A stretch of 64,000 bases of DNA from Pirellulales bacterium (GTDB taxonomy: Bacteria > Planctomycetota > Planctomycetia > Pirellulales > PALSA-1355): NCBI GenBank assembly GCA_963733035.1, contig CAVTBU010000007.1, forward strand, positions 1 to 64,000. Direction: 5' to 3'. The stretch's first letter is position 1. Every line of letters starts with the position of its first letter. Under the pieces are notes generated by a model. That model was not told where the DNA came from and searched no databases. It saw only the letters and a program-made list of their open reading frames with translations. The translations under genes and the position numbers were made by a program. Shown piece after piece: positions 9,368-19,064 of this stretch.

Positions 9368-10816
9368 ATGCATTCATTGCGATCACATTTGCTAGTGCGA
9401 ACGGCGGCGCTCCTGGCACTGACCCTTTCGGTTGCGGCGGTGGCCATATATGTATTAATGCGAGCCTCGCTGCTGTCTGAATTCGATAAAGCGCTTCTGG
9501 TTGAAGCCCGATATATTGCCTCGCAGGTTGAGCAGTCAGGGCACGACTTGAGCCTTGAATTCGAAATCGGAGAGCTTCCCGAATACGCCCGGGCGACGCA
9601 TCCGCATTACTTTCAGATATGGAGCCAAGATGGAAAGGTCCAGGCAAAGTCTCAATCGCTGGGTAGCGAAAACCTAGTACAGCCAAGCGTCAGGGACCAA
9701 GCACCTGAGTTCAAGATGGCCGTTCTGCCAAATGCCTTGTCGGGGAGGCAGGTGGCGATGAGGTTCAAGCCTCGGTTGGATGACGAAGGAACAAATGGGC
9801 AGACTGCTCGCCAGCACATGTCCGTTGTCGTGGCGAAAGACACCACCGACCTCGAATCAACGCTTCGGACGCTGGGCCTACTCCTGTTGTGCGTCAGCAT
9901 GATTACCATCGTCGGCAGCATCGCCCTGCTGGTCAGCATCGTGAAGAGAGGCCTCAGGCCGCTGAACACGTTAGCGTCATCAATCGAACGAGTTGGCGCA
10001 AATGATTTGTCGGAGCGAGTGGAACTGAAGGGTGCCCCCACGGAAATGGTTCCCGTCGTCCAACGTCTGAACGATCTACTCAAACGTCTGGACGCCACAC
10101 TCGCCAGAGAGAAAGCGTTCACGGCAGATGTGGCACACGAACTGAGGACACCATTGGCCGGATTGCAAACCGCTCTGGAGGTGAGCGCAGGACAGAACCG
10201 TGAGCCGAACGAGTATCGACGAACAATTGAGCAATGCCTGCGAGTCACAGAGCGAATGCGTGCCATGGTAAACGATTTGCTGACGATGGCCCGTGCCGAA
10301 TCTCGACAGTTGGCAGTCGAGACCGAGCCCGTTGAAATCGGTGAGCTATTGCAGGAGTGCTGGATGCCATTTGAGTCGGTGGCCAAGGCGAAGTCGCTCG
10401 ACGTGCAATGGAGACAAGAGCAGGACTGTCCGTATCGGATTGATCGTGAAAAGATGAAACTGGTTCTCCAGAACCTCTTTGAAAACGCCGTCACCTATGT
10501 GGATAGGTCGGGCTGGATTCGCACGACCGCAAAGCGCAAAGGACCGATTCTCGAAGTCACCATATCCAATAGCGGCTGCGATCTGCGGGTAGGCGATACG
10601 GCCCATCTTTTCGAACGGTTTTGGCGTAGTGACAAGGCACGCTCAGAAGCAGCCTTGCATTGTGGACTCGGACTTCCACTGTGCCAAAAAGTGATGGAAG
10701 TTCTCGGTGGCTCCATTGATGCCGAGACCTCGGACGGCGTGTTCACGGTTCGAGTCGCTATTCCAGTGTTGTCCGAACAGATGATGGACGTCGAAGCGTC
10801 CGCGCGCGCGCGATAA
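9368..10816 (+). CDS. Membrane sensor histidine kinase (HAMP-HisKA-HATPase)
   Basis: Two TM segments, FTADVAHELRTPL, NLFENAVTY, FERFWRSDKAR, GLGL. Confidence 0.95.
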   Translation: MHSLRSHLLVRTAALLALTLSVAAVAIYVLMRASLLSEFDKALLVEARYIASQVEQSGHDLSLEFEIGELPEYARATHPHYFQIWSQDGKVQAKSQSLGSENLVQPSVRDQAPEFKMAVLPNALSGRQVAMRFKPRLDDEGTNGQTARQHMSVVVAKDTTDLESTLRTLGLLLLCVSMITIVGSIALLVSIVKRGLRPLNTLASSIERVGANDLSERVELKGAPTEMVPVVQRLNDLLKRLDATLAREKAFTADVAHELRTPLAGLQTALEVSAGQNREPNEYRRTIEQCLRVTERMRAMVNDLLTMARAESRQLAVETEPVEIGELLQECWMPFESVAKAKSLDVQWRQEQDCPYRIDREKMKLVLQNLFENAVTYVDRSGWIRTTAKRKGPILEVTISNSGCDLRVGDTAHLFERFWRSDKARSEAALHCGLGLPLCQKVMEVLGGSIDAETSDGVFTVRVAIPVLSEQMMDVEASARAR

Positions 10817-11044
10817 GAGATGGATTCGTGGACACAGGTGCCACGGAATCACGGCATACCGCCGGTCAACGACGCGAAAGTGGAAAGTCTCTGAACCCAA
10901 TGTTTGGCACAAGTGCAAGCATCTATTCGAATTGCTTTGGCCTGATCATCAAATCCCTGTGCGTCCCTCCGGTTTCTCGAAGGACGCCACTGGACTCGCC
11001 TCTAGGACCCAGCTTTCACCACGAGACCGGAGCCGTGATTGTTG

Positions 11045-12217
11045 CTACGAGACCGTCGCCGCCACAATGGCCTTGAATACGGCGTGGGGTGCCAGTTCCG
11101 GCCGAGGCGGGAACAGCAGGCCAGAGGCCTGCCGTAACAACCAGGATAGAGTTCGTCCCACACCTCGGCCATAGATATAGCGGCGGTTGCCGGAACAGCC
11201 GAGTAGGCTTTTGAATCCATCCGCAGTTTGGCCTACGTGAATAGATCGCGCGCCGGATCGGAAAGCATGATCCAGCGCCTGATAATTCAGGTTAAAATAG
11301 AGATCGGTCTCGGTACTCTGACTGTAATCCATGCCCATGAAGAGGAAGTGATAGACCGCCCCGTCGGCCAGTTCCCAGGTGAAGCCGATGGGTTGGTCTT
11401 CTCGGTAAGCCACGGTGAGGGCTAGTTGGTCGGGCAATTGCCGGACTAGCTCGAGAAAGAAGTGTTGCGACAACACTTCGAGTCTGGTCTCCGATTTCGA
11501 TGCAACTGCTTCGTAGAGGCGGTGGAACTCCGGCGTGTAGACGCGTCGAATATCGCTGATGCCCGTCAGACGCACGAATCGGCAACCAGCATTGGCGAAC
11601 TTCCGCTGCGCCCTTTTTATGTTGGTCCGATAATGGTGCTTCAAAGCAGTACAGTATTCCTCGAAGTTGGCGAAAGGTTTCTCAAACTCGTACATCGCAG
11701 GAGAATCCCCGCGGACGTAGCCCTGTTTTAACAGGCAGTCCATATCGGACCGTTCCTCCTCACCGAACTCCTTGAACACAATGATTCGTGCGCCCTCACG
11801 CCGAGCCAGCTGTCGCAGCAACAGATCAAGCTGTTCCAAGGCTCGCCGCCGATCTGCTCGCGGTGCAAAGGCCAGATGGCTTTGGCCCGCTGAAAACGGC
11901 AGACCACACATCAGGACCTTGACCTGGGTCAGGTGCGGCAGCAGTTTTCGTACCCAAGTGGCCCGGTCGCGAATCGTTGGGCTGGCCAACGAAAGCAGAT
12001 CGACAGGATACAGACACAGGCTAGCGCATGCGGCCAACATGCCGTCTTGCTCGCGAATAAGTGCGTGAAAAATACGGGCCGGGTCTGGCAGTGTCCGTTC
12101 CAGTGTGCGCAGGAAGCTGGGCTCTAGGAAGCAGGTTGGCGTCGTGCGACACACATCGTTCCAATCGTCCAATGGGACCGTATCGATCGACTCGTAGAGG
12201 CCTGTAATCGGATTCAT
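11045..12217 (-). CDS. Double-GNAT / FemAB-like acyltransferase
   Basis: FEEYCTALKHHYRTNIKRAQRK, FMGMDYS...LYFNLNYQALDHAF...IHVGQTADGFKSLLG pattern of Fem-fold GNAT proteins. Confidence 0.75.
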   Translation of the reverse strand: MNPITGLYESIDTVPLDDWNDVCRTTPTCFLEPSFLRTLERTLPDPARIFHALIREQDGMLAACASLCLYPVDLLSLASPTIRDRATWVRKLLPHLTQVKVLMCGLPFSAGQSHLAFAPRADRRRALEQLDLLLRQLARREGARIIVFKEFGEEERSDMDCLLKQGYVRGDSPAMYEFEKPFANFEEYCTALKHHYRTNIKRAQRKFANAGCRFVRLTGISDIRRVYTPEFHRLYEAVASKSETRLEVLSQHFFLELVRQLPDQLALTVAYREDQPIGFTWELADGAVYHFLFMGMDYSQSTETDLYFNLNYQALDHAFRSGARSIHVGQTADGFKSLLGCSGNRRYIYGRGVGRTLSWLLRQASGLLFPPRPELAPHAVFKAIVAATVS

Positions 12218-12302
12218 GGGTCACCTGATGAGAATGAGGGCATCGAGACAAAACCGACGTTGGAGCACGAGTTCGCGTGTCGCAAGGTATTGTCATCGCG
12301 CC

Positions 12303-14972
12303 CTAAACAAACACTGGGTACTCTCTCCGTCTCCATTCCTCCAAGGGCTGCCCGAAGCTGCGCAACTGTGCGACTTCGAAACCGTACCGGTCCGCGAGCG
12401 ACCGCAGCAGTTGCAGCGTTTCCGGGGCCAAGTCCGTTCCGATACTGGTATCGTGGAGGTGTCCGGCCAGGGTGAGCATCATCGTTTCCGCCATGCACGC
12501 GTAGACCAAGCCATTGCCCAGCCCAAACTGACTCAGGATCGACCTAGCCGGTATGGCAATGATGCCCCCATCGATGACGAGGACGTCCGGCCGAACGGCT
12601 GCAACTTGTCGGCTTACGTTGGCGGGGCGCGACACATCGCACACGACCGCGTGTGGCTGAAGGTCTTCCGGCCCGATCAACGTGTCCGTGCCGCTGGTCG
12701 CCGTGATAACCAATCGGGCTCCTTGCACGGCTGACTTCGTGTCTTGCGTCAGGACCAGCCAGCCAGTGCGCTCGAGCTGGGCGATCAATTCGTCCTTGGG
12801 GCACGGCAGGTAATCAAGCAACCTGGCGGCGAAAGTATCCGGCTTGAAGTTCACGCCCTCGGCTGCGCGTCCAGCGACGAAACCAACCAAGTCAGCAGCT
12901 CGTGCCAACAGCCGTTCGCGGACATGGCCGCTCGATGACTTGGGATTGCCGACCAGGGTCAGCCGGCCCACGTCCCCGGCCAGCATCAGCGCCATGGCTC
13001 GACCGATGGCACCAGTAGCTCCCAGGACGGCAGTATTGGGTGGGCCGTCCTCGCGGTTTCCGGCGATGGCCACCGCCTTGCGAGCCGCCTCGGCCGACGC
13101 GACGGCAGCGTAGGAATTGCCGGTGGTGACCGGCACCCCCTCGCCCGCAACGGCTCGGCCGCCCAGCGTAACAATGGAGGTAAAAGCGCCCAGCCCAACC
13201 ATCTCGGCACCTCGGTCGCGGGCCAGATGGACCGCGCCGCGGACATAGGCGGCCGCATCCTCCCTCCGCATCCCCGCGAGCTGCTCCGCTGTCCTGGGTA
13301 AAGTGATGAACTCGCCATAAATCGTCTCGCCGGTTGTCGCGACCACACAGCCATGGCTCACTACGAACGGGTTCGCCAGATCGGAAACCTTTCGGACCAC
13401 CTCTTCCAGCGAGTGATCGTCCAAATATGCCAATGACGAGTCGAAATCAACGGCATTGCTGTAATCCAGTGGGTGCATCAAAAAGGCAAAGCGACGCTCG
13501 GCAGGGCGGGGCTTGACCTGGACCCACGGCTCTTTCGGCGGGGTCACCCACACCACCGGCTGAGCTTGGCCCTCGATAATTGACGCCAGGATGCGACCCG
13601 TGTCGCCGGTCGAAAATAGTGCGAGCGTCCTGTCCAGGGCACTCAGTAGCCGTTCGCACTGCGGCCAAGTCATGGTCAGCGCCGGCTCGATGCGGATCAC
13701 CGACTTGCCGTTCAGCGTTGGAGCGACGCGGACCCCTTCGACGTTGAGCATGTAACTCGCGAATAGCGGAGTAAGGAACTCTTGTTCGAGAGCGACTCCC
13801 ATCAGGCTCCCCGGCCAAAGAAGCCGGTCGCCAGCGAATCGAATTCCCAGCAGGAAGCCCCGCCCGCGTACTTCGGCGATTACCTGGGGATAGCGGCGCT
13901 GCAATTCGCGCAGGCCCTCCTTGAGCCTGGCTCCATCGCGCTCCACACGGCGAATTAGGGCGTTGTCGTCACTCGTCAGCATCTGCAGCGCGGCCAGTCC
14001 GGCCCGACACGCGAGTGTATTCGCCGCGAAGGTAGAGGAATGCCTCAAGGCGAAACTCTCGGTATAAGCTGACGCAGTACACAGCATCGCGCCGATCGGC
14101 ATCAGGCCGCCACCCAGCGCCTTGGCCAATGTCATTACGTCCGGTTGGACGCTATCCGTCATGCAGGCAAACATCTCGCCGGTTCGTCCCAGACCCGTTT
14201 GGATCTCGTCGAAGACCAGAAGGACACCGGCGTGCGTACAGAGGTCGCGCACTCGCGCCAGGTAGCCCTTAGGCGGCACGACGATGCCGCCCTCGCCTTG
14301 AATTGGCTCGACCAGAAAGGCGGCGTAGTGGCCGGGACGAGCCTCCAGCTCATGACGTAGCGCCTCGACATCGCCATACGGGATGGTGTGGAAGTCACTG
14401 CTGGGAGCGCCGAATCCATCCTGGTAATGCGGATTGCCGGTGGCGGAAAGGGCCCCGAGCGTTTTACCGTGGAAGCTGTTGCTCGCGGACAGAATGCCCA
14501 TACGGCCAGTCGCGATCCGGCACAGCTTGATGCAGGCCTCAATTGCCTCGGCACCACTGTTCGCAAAGGTCACATAGCGCAGGTTTGACGGACCAATGGC
14601 CAACAACCGCTCGGCCAACTCACCGGCCGCGTCCAGAAGAGCAGGTTGCGTGAAGCTCGGTTCACCGGTCCGCTGCACCTCCAGCAGGCTCTGCCAGATT
14701 TCGGGGGGGTTGAAGCCAAACGGCAGCGCTCCATAGGCGGCGATGCAGTCGAGATAGCGTTGGCCATGATCGTCGATCAGCTCGCAGCCTTCCCCGCGCA
14801 CGAATCGCTTGTCCAGCCACAACCTGTCCAGCAGATTCGTCAGGTGAGGATTGACGCAGCGAGCGAACGGGTGCGATCCACTCTTCGCTGTATCGAGAGA
14901 AGGCTGGTTTGTCGTCAGCCGCTTCGTCTCGCCAGCCAGTTCGGGCAGAACCGCGAACGGTGAACTAATCAT
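12303..14972 (-). CDS. Class III aminotransferase fused to an acyl-ACP reductase-like domain
   Basis: N-terminal NSGAEA, FHGKT, EPIQGEGG, DEIQTGLGRTG, TLAKALGGG; C-terminal FAFLMHP, GLGAFTSIV, TTGNS, GATGAIG, YACMAETM. Confidence 0.88.
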   Translation of the reverse strand: MISSPFAVLPELAGETKRLTTNQPSLDTAKSGSHPFARCVNPHLTNLLDRLWLDKRFVRGEGCELIDDHGQRYLDCIAAYGALPFGFNPPEIWQSLLEVQRTGEPSFTQPALLDAAGELAERLLAIGPSNLRYVTFANSGAEAIEACIKLCRIATGRMGILSASNSFHGKTLGALSATGNPHYQDGFGAPSSDFHTIPYGDVEALRHELEARPGHYAAFLVEPIQGEGGIVVPPKGYLARVRDLCTHAGVLLVFDEIQTGLGRTGEMFACMTDSVQPDVMTLAKALGGGLMPIGAMLCTASAYTESFALRHSSTFAANTLACRAGLAALQMLTSDDNALIRRVERDGARLKEGLRELQRRYPQVIAEVRGRGFLLGIRFAGDRLLWPGSLMGVALEQEFLTPLFASYMLNVEGVRVAPTLNGKSVIRIEPALTMTWPQCERLLSALDRTLALFSTGDTGRILASIIEGQAQPVVWVTPPKEPWVQVKPRPAERRFAFLMHPLDYSNAVDFDSSLAYLDDHSLEEVVRKVSDLANPFVVSHGCVVATTGETIYGEFITLPRTAEQLAGMRREDAAAYVRGAVHLARDRGAEMVGLGAFTSIVTLGGRAVAGEGVPVTTGNSYAAVASAEAARKAVAIAGNREDGPPNTAVLGATGAIGRAMALMLAGDVGRLTLVGNPKSSSGHVRERLLARAADLVGFVAGRAAEGVNFKPDTFAARLLDYLPCPKDELIAQLERTGWLVLTQDTKSAVQGARLVITATSGTDTLIGPEDLQPHAVVCDVSRPANVSRQVAAVRPDVLVIDGGIIAIPARSILSQFGLGNGLVYACMAETMMLTLAGHLHDTSIGTDLAPETLQLLRSLADRYGFEVAQLRSFGQPLEEWRRREYPVFV

Positions 14973-15538
14973 TCAACCTTCTCCCTAATGCGGGCGGAGC
15001 CAACGGCTTCGGGTCAGCGCCTCTATCTCCGCAATGACGTTGGAAGCGAGTGAGAGGGCGGTTTTGCGTAGGGATTTTTTGGGAAGGAACACGTGGCTAT
15101 GACACACTCTCGCGAATGAACCAGGACCCAATGCCCGCTGAGAACGTGGCTCGCGACTGTTATCCTGACGCTGGCGAGCCGGACAGGATCGAGCGCCCGC
15201 TTCTAGGGTTAGGCTCTACTACCCGACCCGGTGCACGTCTGCCGAAAGCTCTAGACTGCAAGAGTCGGCCAAGTAAATACATAATCCCGACGAAACAACA
15301 TAGAGCATTCCGAAGCTAGCTCTTCTTGGCGGCACGGATGTAGCGGTCCTTCTGACCTTCTTCCCAAGAACTGATGCGTGGGTCATCGGTAGCAGATCCC
15401 TGTCAATTTCGTAATGTCCAGACCGGTTCGGTGTTTCCGCATTGACCTACTGGACAAGCGGTGGGTTAATCGCCGCCCCTGCAGAGCGTTTGGCTAGCCA
15501 AACTCTGCACGTGGACAAATCCTCTACGCCAAACTCTT

Positions 15539-16369
15539 TTGCAGATCACGGGCAGATGCGGAGCTCGGTTGATAAATCGCGGCGAGGCTCTCGTTTGGAT
15601 AGTGCTACTTGGCTTGATCGCTGGTTGTGCGCGATTGCCCAGGTCGGCTGAACGCCAACTCGTGGCTCCGAAGGTCGATCCAATTAGCGTGTGCTCCGTG
15701 CACGAGACGGTTACGCCCATGTCGCCCACCGATGGTCCAATTACCCAGCATAGTCGAGTCGGCGAACGAGCTGTCGAATTGGCCAATTATCGCCGGCGTG
15801 ATCGTCCCTTCAGCGGCGGCTACTCTGCTGGCATAATCGCGGGCGATCCATTCCATGGTGGCGAGACACATACCAATGATGCGGTTGGTCTGGCGATATC
15901 CAAACGGTATGGCTGGGACTTTGCTGACCATTGGGGGCTGGAAACCAAGCTGACCGACGCCTGGCTCAACAACTCAACGCGGTTCGATCCCAACATCACC
16001 CAAACCGAGCGAGCGCTCTTCTGGGATACGAGCCTACTCTATTATCCTTGGGCGGATACGATGGTCCGTCCCTACCTCACGCTAGGAGCTGGCTTGGCCG
16101 ACTTTAACGTCATCGATGAACACAACCATCACGTCAGCCGCGTGCTGGCCGATGTGCCTTTTGGATTCGGGGTCAAGTACCCGATCAATGAATGGTTGGT
16201 CGTGCGCGCGGACTTAGTAGACAACTTGATCATCGGTGGAGGCGGACTTCCCACGACGAACAACGTCGTGCTGATGGGCGGCGTTGAGATTCGCTTTGGT
16301 AATATTAGGAAACACTTCTTGCCCTGGCTTTCCGGGAACGAATCGTCCTCGTCAACCACCGAACGGTAG
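15539..16369 (+). CDS. Putative outer-membrane beta-barrel protein (start uncertain; possible lipobox LIAGC)
   Basis: Amphipathic strands: YGWDFADHWGLE, VRPYLTLGAGL, VPFGFGVKY, GGVEIRF. Confidence 0.7.
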   Translation: MQITGRCGARLINRGEALVWIVLLGLIAGCARLPRSAERQLVAPKVDPISVCSVHETVTPMSPTDGPITQHSRVGERAVELANYRRRDRPFSGGYSAGIIAGDPFHGGETHTNDAVGLAISKRYGWDFADHWGLETKLTDAWLNNSTRFDPNITQTERALFWDTSLLYYPWADTMVRPYLTLGAGLADFNVIDEHNHHVSRVLADVPFGFGVKYPINEWLVVRADLVDNLIIGGGGLPTTNNVVLMGGVEIRFGNIRKHFLPWLSGNESSSSTTER

Positions 16370-16699
16370 TTTCACTCCACCAACAACAATAATACGCATG
16401 CGCAGGCAGTCTCCGAGCGACGGTTCGGGCATGGTGCTCGGCCACGCCGGTGAAGGAATCGGGCCGGGTGCGCTGGGCGGCGATGTGAACCAGTTCTACA
16501 GCCTACACGGCGACGGGGTCAATTTTTTGTTCGCAGTCGTCCCGTTTGGCTTGCCACACTCGTTGGACATCGTCGGTCGGACAAAAGAAGCCCGCGATGT
16601 TGGCAACCCGCACTCCATTGTTGGGGTGCTCGATCGGCAGATGAAAATGGATGACATCGTGAAATGCCGATTCTTCCATCTGGGGCAAGATCATCGAAG

Positions 16700-17379
16700 C
16701 CCAGCCCGACCCCGGACCAGTGGACCAGTTCGTGGAAGTTGGTTGAGATGAAGTCCTTCTGAGAAACGAATTGGCTCGGGTGCGGCATCTGGATGTAGTC
16801 GCCGCCAGTGTGGTGGGGAAATTCCCCACGAAGTCGCACATAGAAGGCTTTGTCGCCGCCGAAATGAATCTCTGCCTTGGTCGCCTCGATTGCGGTTCGA
16901 GCAGGTTCAAAGTCAGGTTCGAGCGAAGACGGCTCGGAATCGGCACTGGCTCGAAGATGATCGACGCTTCCACCGTCCACCTGTTCGATGTTGAAGACCG
17001 TGTAGTATCGGAGGATAGGGAAGGTCTGGACCTTCTCCTCGCCGTCCTCGCCCTTCGTCCGTTTCACCTGCTTGTAGAAGACGATTTGGGTGCCCCAACA
17101 TCCAGGCTTCACGTCGCCGGGGCGCTTCTGGACCTGAGCGCCAAGGCTTGCCCATTGCTGGTAGGTGCCCCAGTAGCGGCTCACGTAGCCCCGGGACATT
17201 GCAGCCAAATCCAAAAGGATTGGATTGATGCCCGAGTAGGATCGTCGAGAGACGACGTTTGCGGGAACTCCTGCGTTCTCATTGGCACGCCAGGGTTTTC
17301 TCCAGGGAACGACGCCGTTTTTGAGTCCCTCGATGATGCGGTCGGTGATCTGCTTCTGGATTTCCGATTGGCTCGGCAT
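16700..17379 (-). pseudogene. ardC: ArdC-family antirestriction ssDNA-binding protein, C-terminally truncated
   Basis: GVVPWRKPW, YSGINPILL, WGTYQQW, YYTVFNIEQV, HELVHW; family resemblance ends just after HExxH although the ORF runs on to 16519. Confidence 0.8.
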
Positions 17380-17440
17380 GACTGGCTCCTTCTGAATGAG
17401 TCAGCCATGAGATGTACAAATAAACTATGCGTATGCCGCA

Positions 17441-17468
17441 TTGACACGGTTGGTCAGTCAAGTAGACT
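17441..17468 (+). promoter_or_regulatory. Sigma70-like promoter
   Basis: TTGACA-N16-TAGACT upstream of the Hcp-like PEP-CTERM gene. Confidence 0.4.
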
Positions 17469-17610
17469 CGGGACGGCAACAGCCACGCTGACTGAGAAAC
17501 GCTTATTAGCCGATTTCAAAGCCCGACCTTTCTGCAATTGCAGAGATGGCCGGGTTTTTTTGTTCAAGAGGGAGCTGAAACTCGCAAAGGCCACAAACTG
17601 GAGCACCTCA

Positions 17611-18498
17611 ATGCCACAATCTCGGTCAAACGGTCATCGTGCCTCGGTTGTCGTCCTTCTATGCATCTTAACCACGTGCATTTCGCCTACCGTCGTGGAG
17701 GCCACGTCAACCTATGTCTACGTCCAAAGCATCAGCGGTGGTGACTCAACGCCTGGATATCCTGGCGCAATGGCGGTGCAGTCGCTGAGCATATTTCCAG
17801 GCGGGTTCTCGATGGTGAAGAGGGTCGATTCCGCCTCGCCGCAGATTCAGTCGGACGTGATCAGTGGGACGCTTTTTCCACAGGCGAGCCTGTTGTTTTA
17901 CAACTCCACGCCCTTCGGCCAGCCGGATGCAAGCGTGAACATCAACAATGCGATTGCCAACAACTACCAGCTTCTGGGAGGAACTCCTTCTCAGGAGCGA
18001 GTTGGTTTCGATGCGACCATACCCGTCTCTATGTACCTTGATGTGCCAGGAATCACTGGCGAAAGTTCGGCACCGGGATACTCGAATCTAATGCAGATTG
18101 ACTCCTTCTCGTTGTCGGACAATAGCTTCTCGATTGTGAAGCAAGTCGATACGGCGTCCCCCGAGATTAGTATGGCGGTCACAAATGCGACATTCTTTTC
18201 GAGCGCACTTCTTCTCCTGTACGACTCGGCTCCCAGCGGTCCACCCGATGCCGTGCTCAGCCTGCACGAAGTTCTCGCCAGCAGCGTGCAGCCTGATGGT
18301 GGCGGCGACAGGCTCCTGGAGCTAGACTCCTTCAGCTTCACGTATCTCACCCCCGAGCCATCGTCTTTGGTGCTGATCGGGCTCAGCCTTGCGACGTTCA
18401 TGGCCGCGACCGGCTTCGAGATTCAAGTCCGGCGAGCGTCGCCCAACTCCTCCCAAGAGAGCGCATTGTTGCCCGAAGTGACCGCACAATCTGAATAG
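17611..18498 (+). CDS. Secreted protein with two Hcp-like domains and a PEP-CTERM-like anchor
   Basis: Signal peptide; two repeats containing I(S/T)G(G/E) and FS(M/I)VK(R/Q)VD(S/T)ASP; TPEPSSLVLIGL plus hydrophobic stretch. Confidence 0.72.
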   Translation: MPQSRSNGHRASVVVLLCILTTCISPTVVEATSTYVYVQSISGGDSTPGYPGAMAVQSLSIFPGGFSMVKRVDSASPQIQSDVISGTLFPQASLLFYNSTPFGQPDASVNINNAIANNYQLLGGTPSQERVGFDATIPVSMYLDVPGITGESSAPGYSNLMQIDSFSLSDNSFSIVKQVDTASPEISMAVTNATFFSSALLLLYDSAPSGPPDAVLSLHEVLASSVQPDGGGDRLLELDSFSFTYLTPEPSSLVLIGLSLATFMAATGFEIQVRRASPNSSQESALLPEVTAQSE

Positions 18499-18725
18499 GC
18501 TCCATGAACGTCGGAAAAGCTGGTCGTGTTGTAAGCGTTTCAGCAACGACACCCTAATCGGCGCTCTGCGTCGCCCGTCGAAACCGGGGTGGTCAGCCTC
18601 ATCCGTTGCCGATCATCACTGAAGCCGCAGAGTGCAGCCAGTGCCAAAAACGGTCGTTAGATCGGAGTTCGAAGAAACGGATGGGAGGATGCGACAACGG
18701 CTGGAAGAGGTCGATGCGGGCCTTT

Positions 18726-19064
18726 TCAGCTCGGATAGTTCTCGGCCAAGTCCTCCGGCGCGATATTACGCCAGCCAGCAATCATCGCGCTGGCTAGTTT
18801 GGCCTTGGTGGCGGCCTTGAGGCACACGTTTGTCGAGCCTCGTCGGCCCCAAGCGCCCTTCACCGGCACAAATATCTTTGGCTCGGTCCGCACAAACTCT
18901 CGCTGCTGCTTCGGTGTGAGTTTTATCACTCCCCACGCATCATCTGGATACCCTAACGTCGCAAATATCTTGTTTCCAACGCGAAAATCTGGATGTCCCA
19001 TGTGGGCGCGTTCAGAGGCGCCCGCAAGACTGAGCGCGAGGCGGCGGAATTGGTCGGCGGTCAT
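18726..19064 (-). CDS. MmcQ/YjbR-family DNA-binding protein
   Basis: FRRLALSL...HMGHPDFRVGNKIFATL...GAWGRRGST. Confidence 0.85.
   Translation of the reverse strand: MTADQFRRLALSLAGASERAHMGHPDFRVGNKIFATLGYPDDAWGVIKLTPKQQREFVRTEPKIFVPVKGAWGRRGSTNVCLKAATKAKLASAMIAGWRNIAPEDLAENYPS

Larger units (their letters stand above)
7331..9368 (+). pseudogene. OmpR-family response regulator interrupted by IS3 copy 2
   Basis: REC domain (ILLIED, LDLMLP, GADDYLVKPF) before the IS, wHTH (LSAREFSLLE...NVIDVFIRRLRRKI...TRRGHGY) after it; rejoins in frame as ARRD/GQDIEL. Confidence 0.92.

Noticed and set aside
8145..9368. 407-aa ORF fusing IS sequence to the regulator's DNA-binding domain
   Set aside because: Alternative frame of IS orfB that happens to run into the wHTH. 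It depends on a 1-bp indel between the copies, and no expression signal is evident.
12303..14972. Prodigiosin or tambjamine gene cluster
   Set aside because: No pyrrole-forming, PKS/ACP or condensation genes nearby; only the TA-reductase architecture is shared.
16771..17610. N-terminal 280 aa of the 575-aa ORF
   Set aside because: Mostly antisense to ardC; the signal peptide indicates a start at 17611.
17611..18498. Type VI secretion system or prophage tail locus
   Set aside because: No sheath, baseplate, VgrG or membrane-complex genes; the Hcp-like gene is solitary and has a signal peptide.
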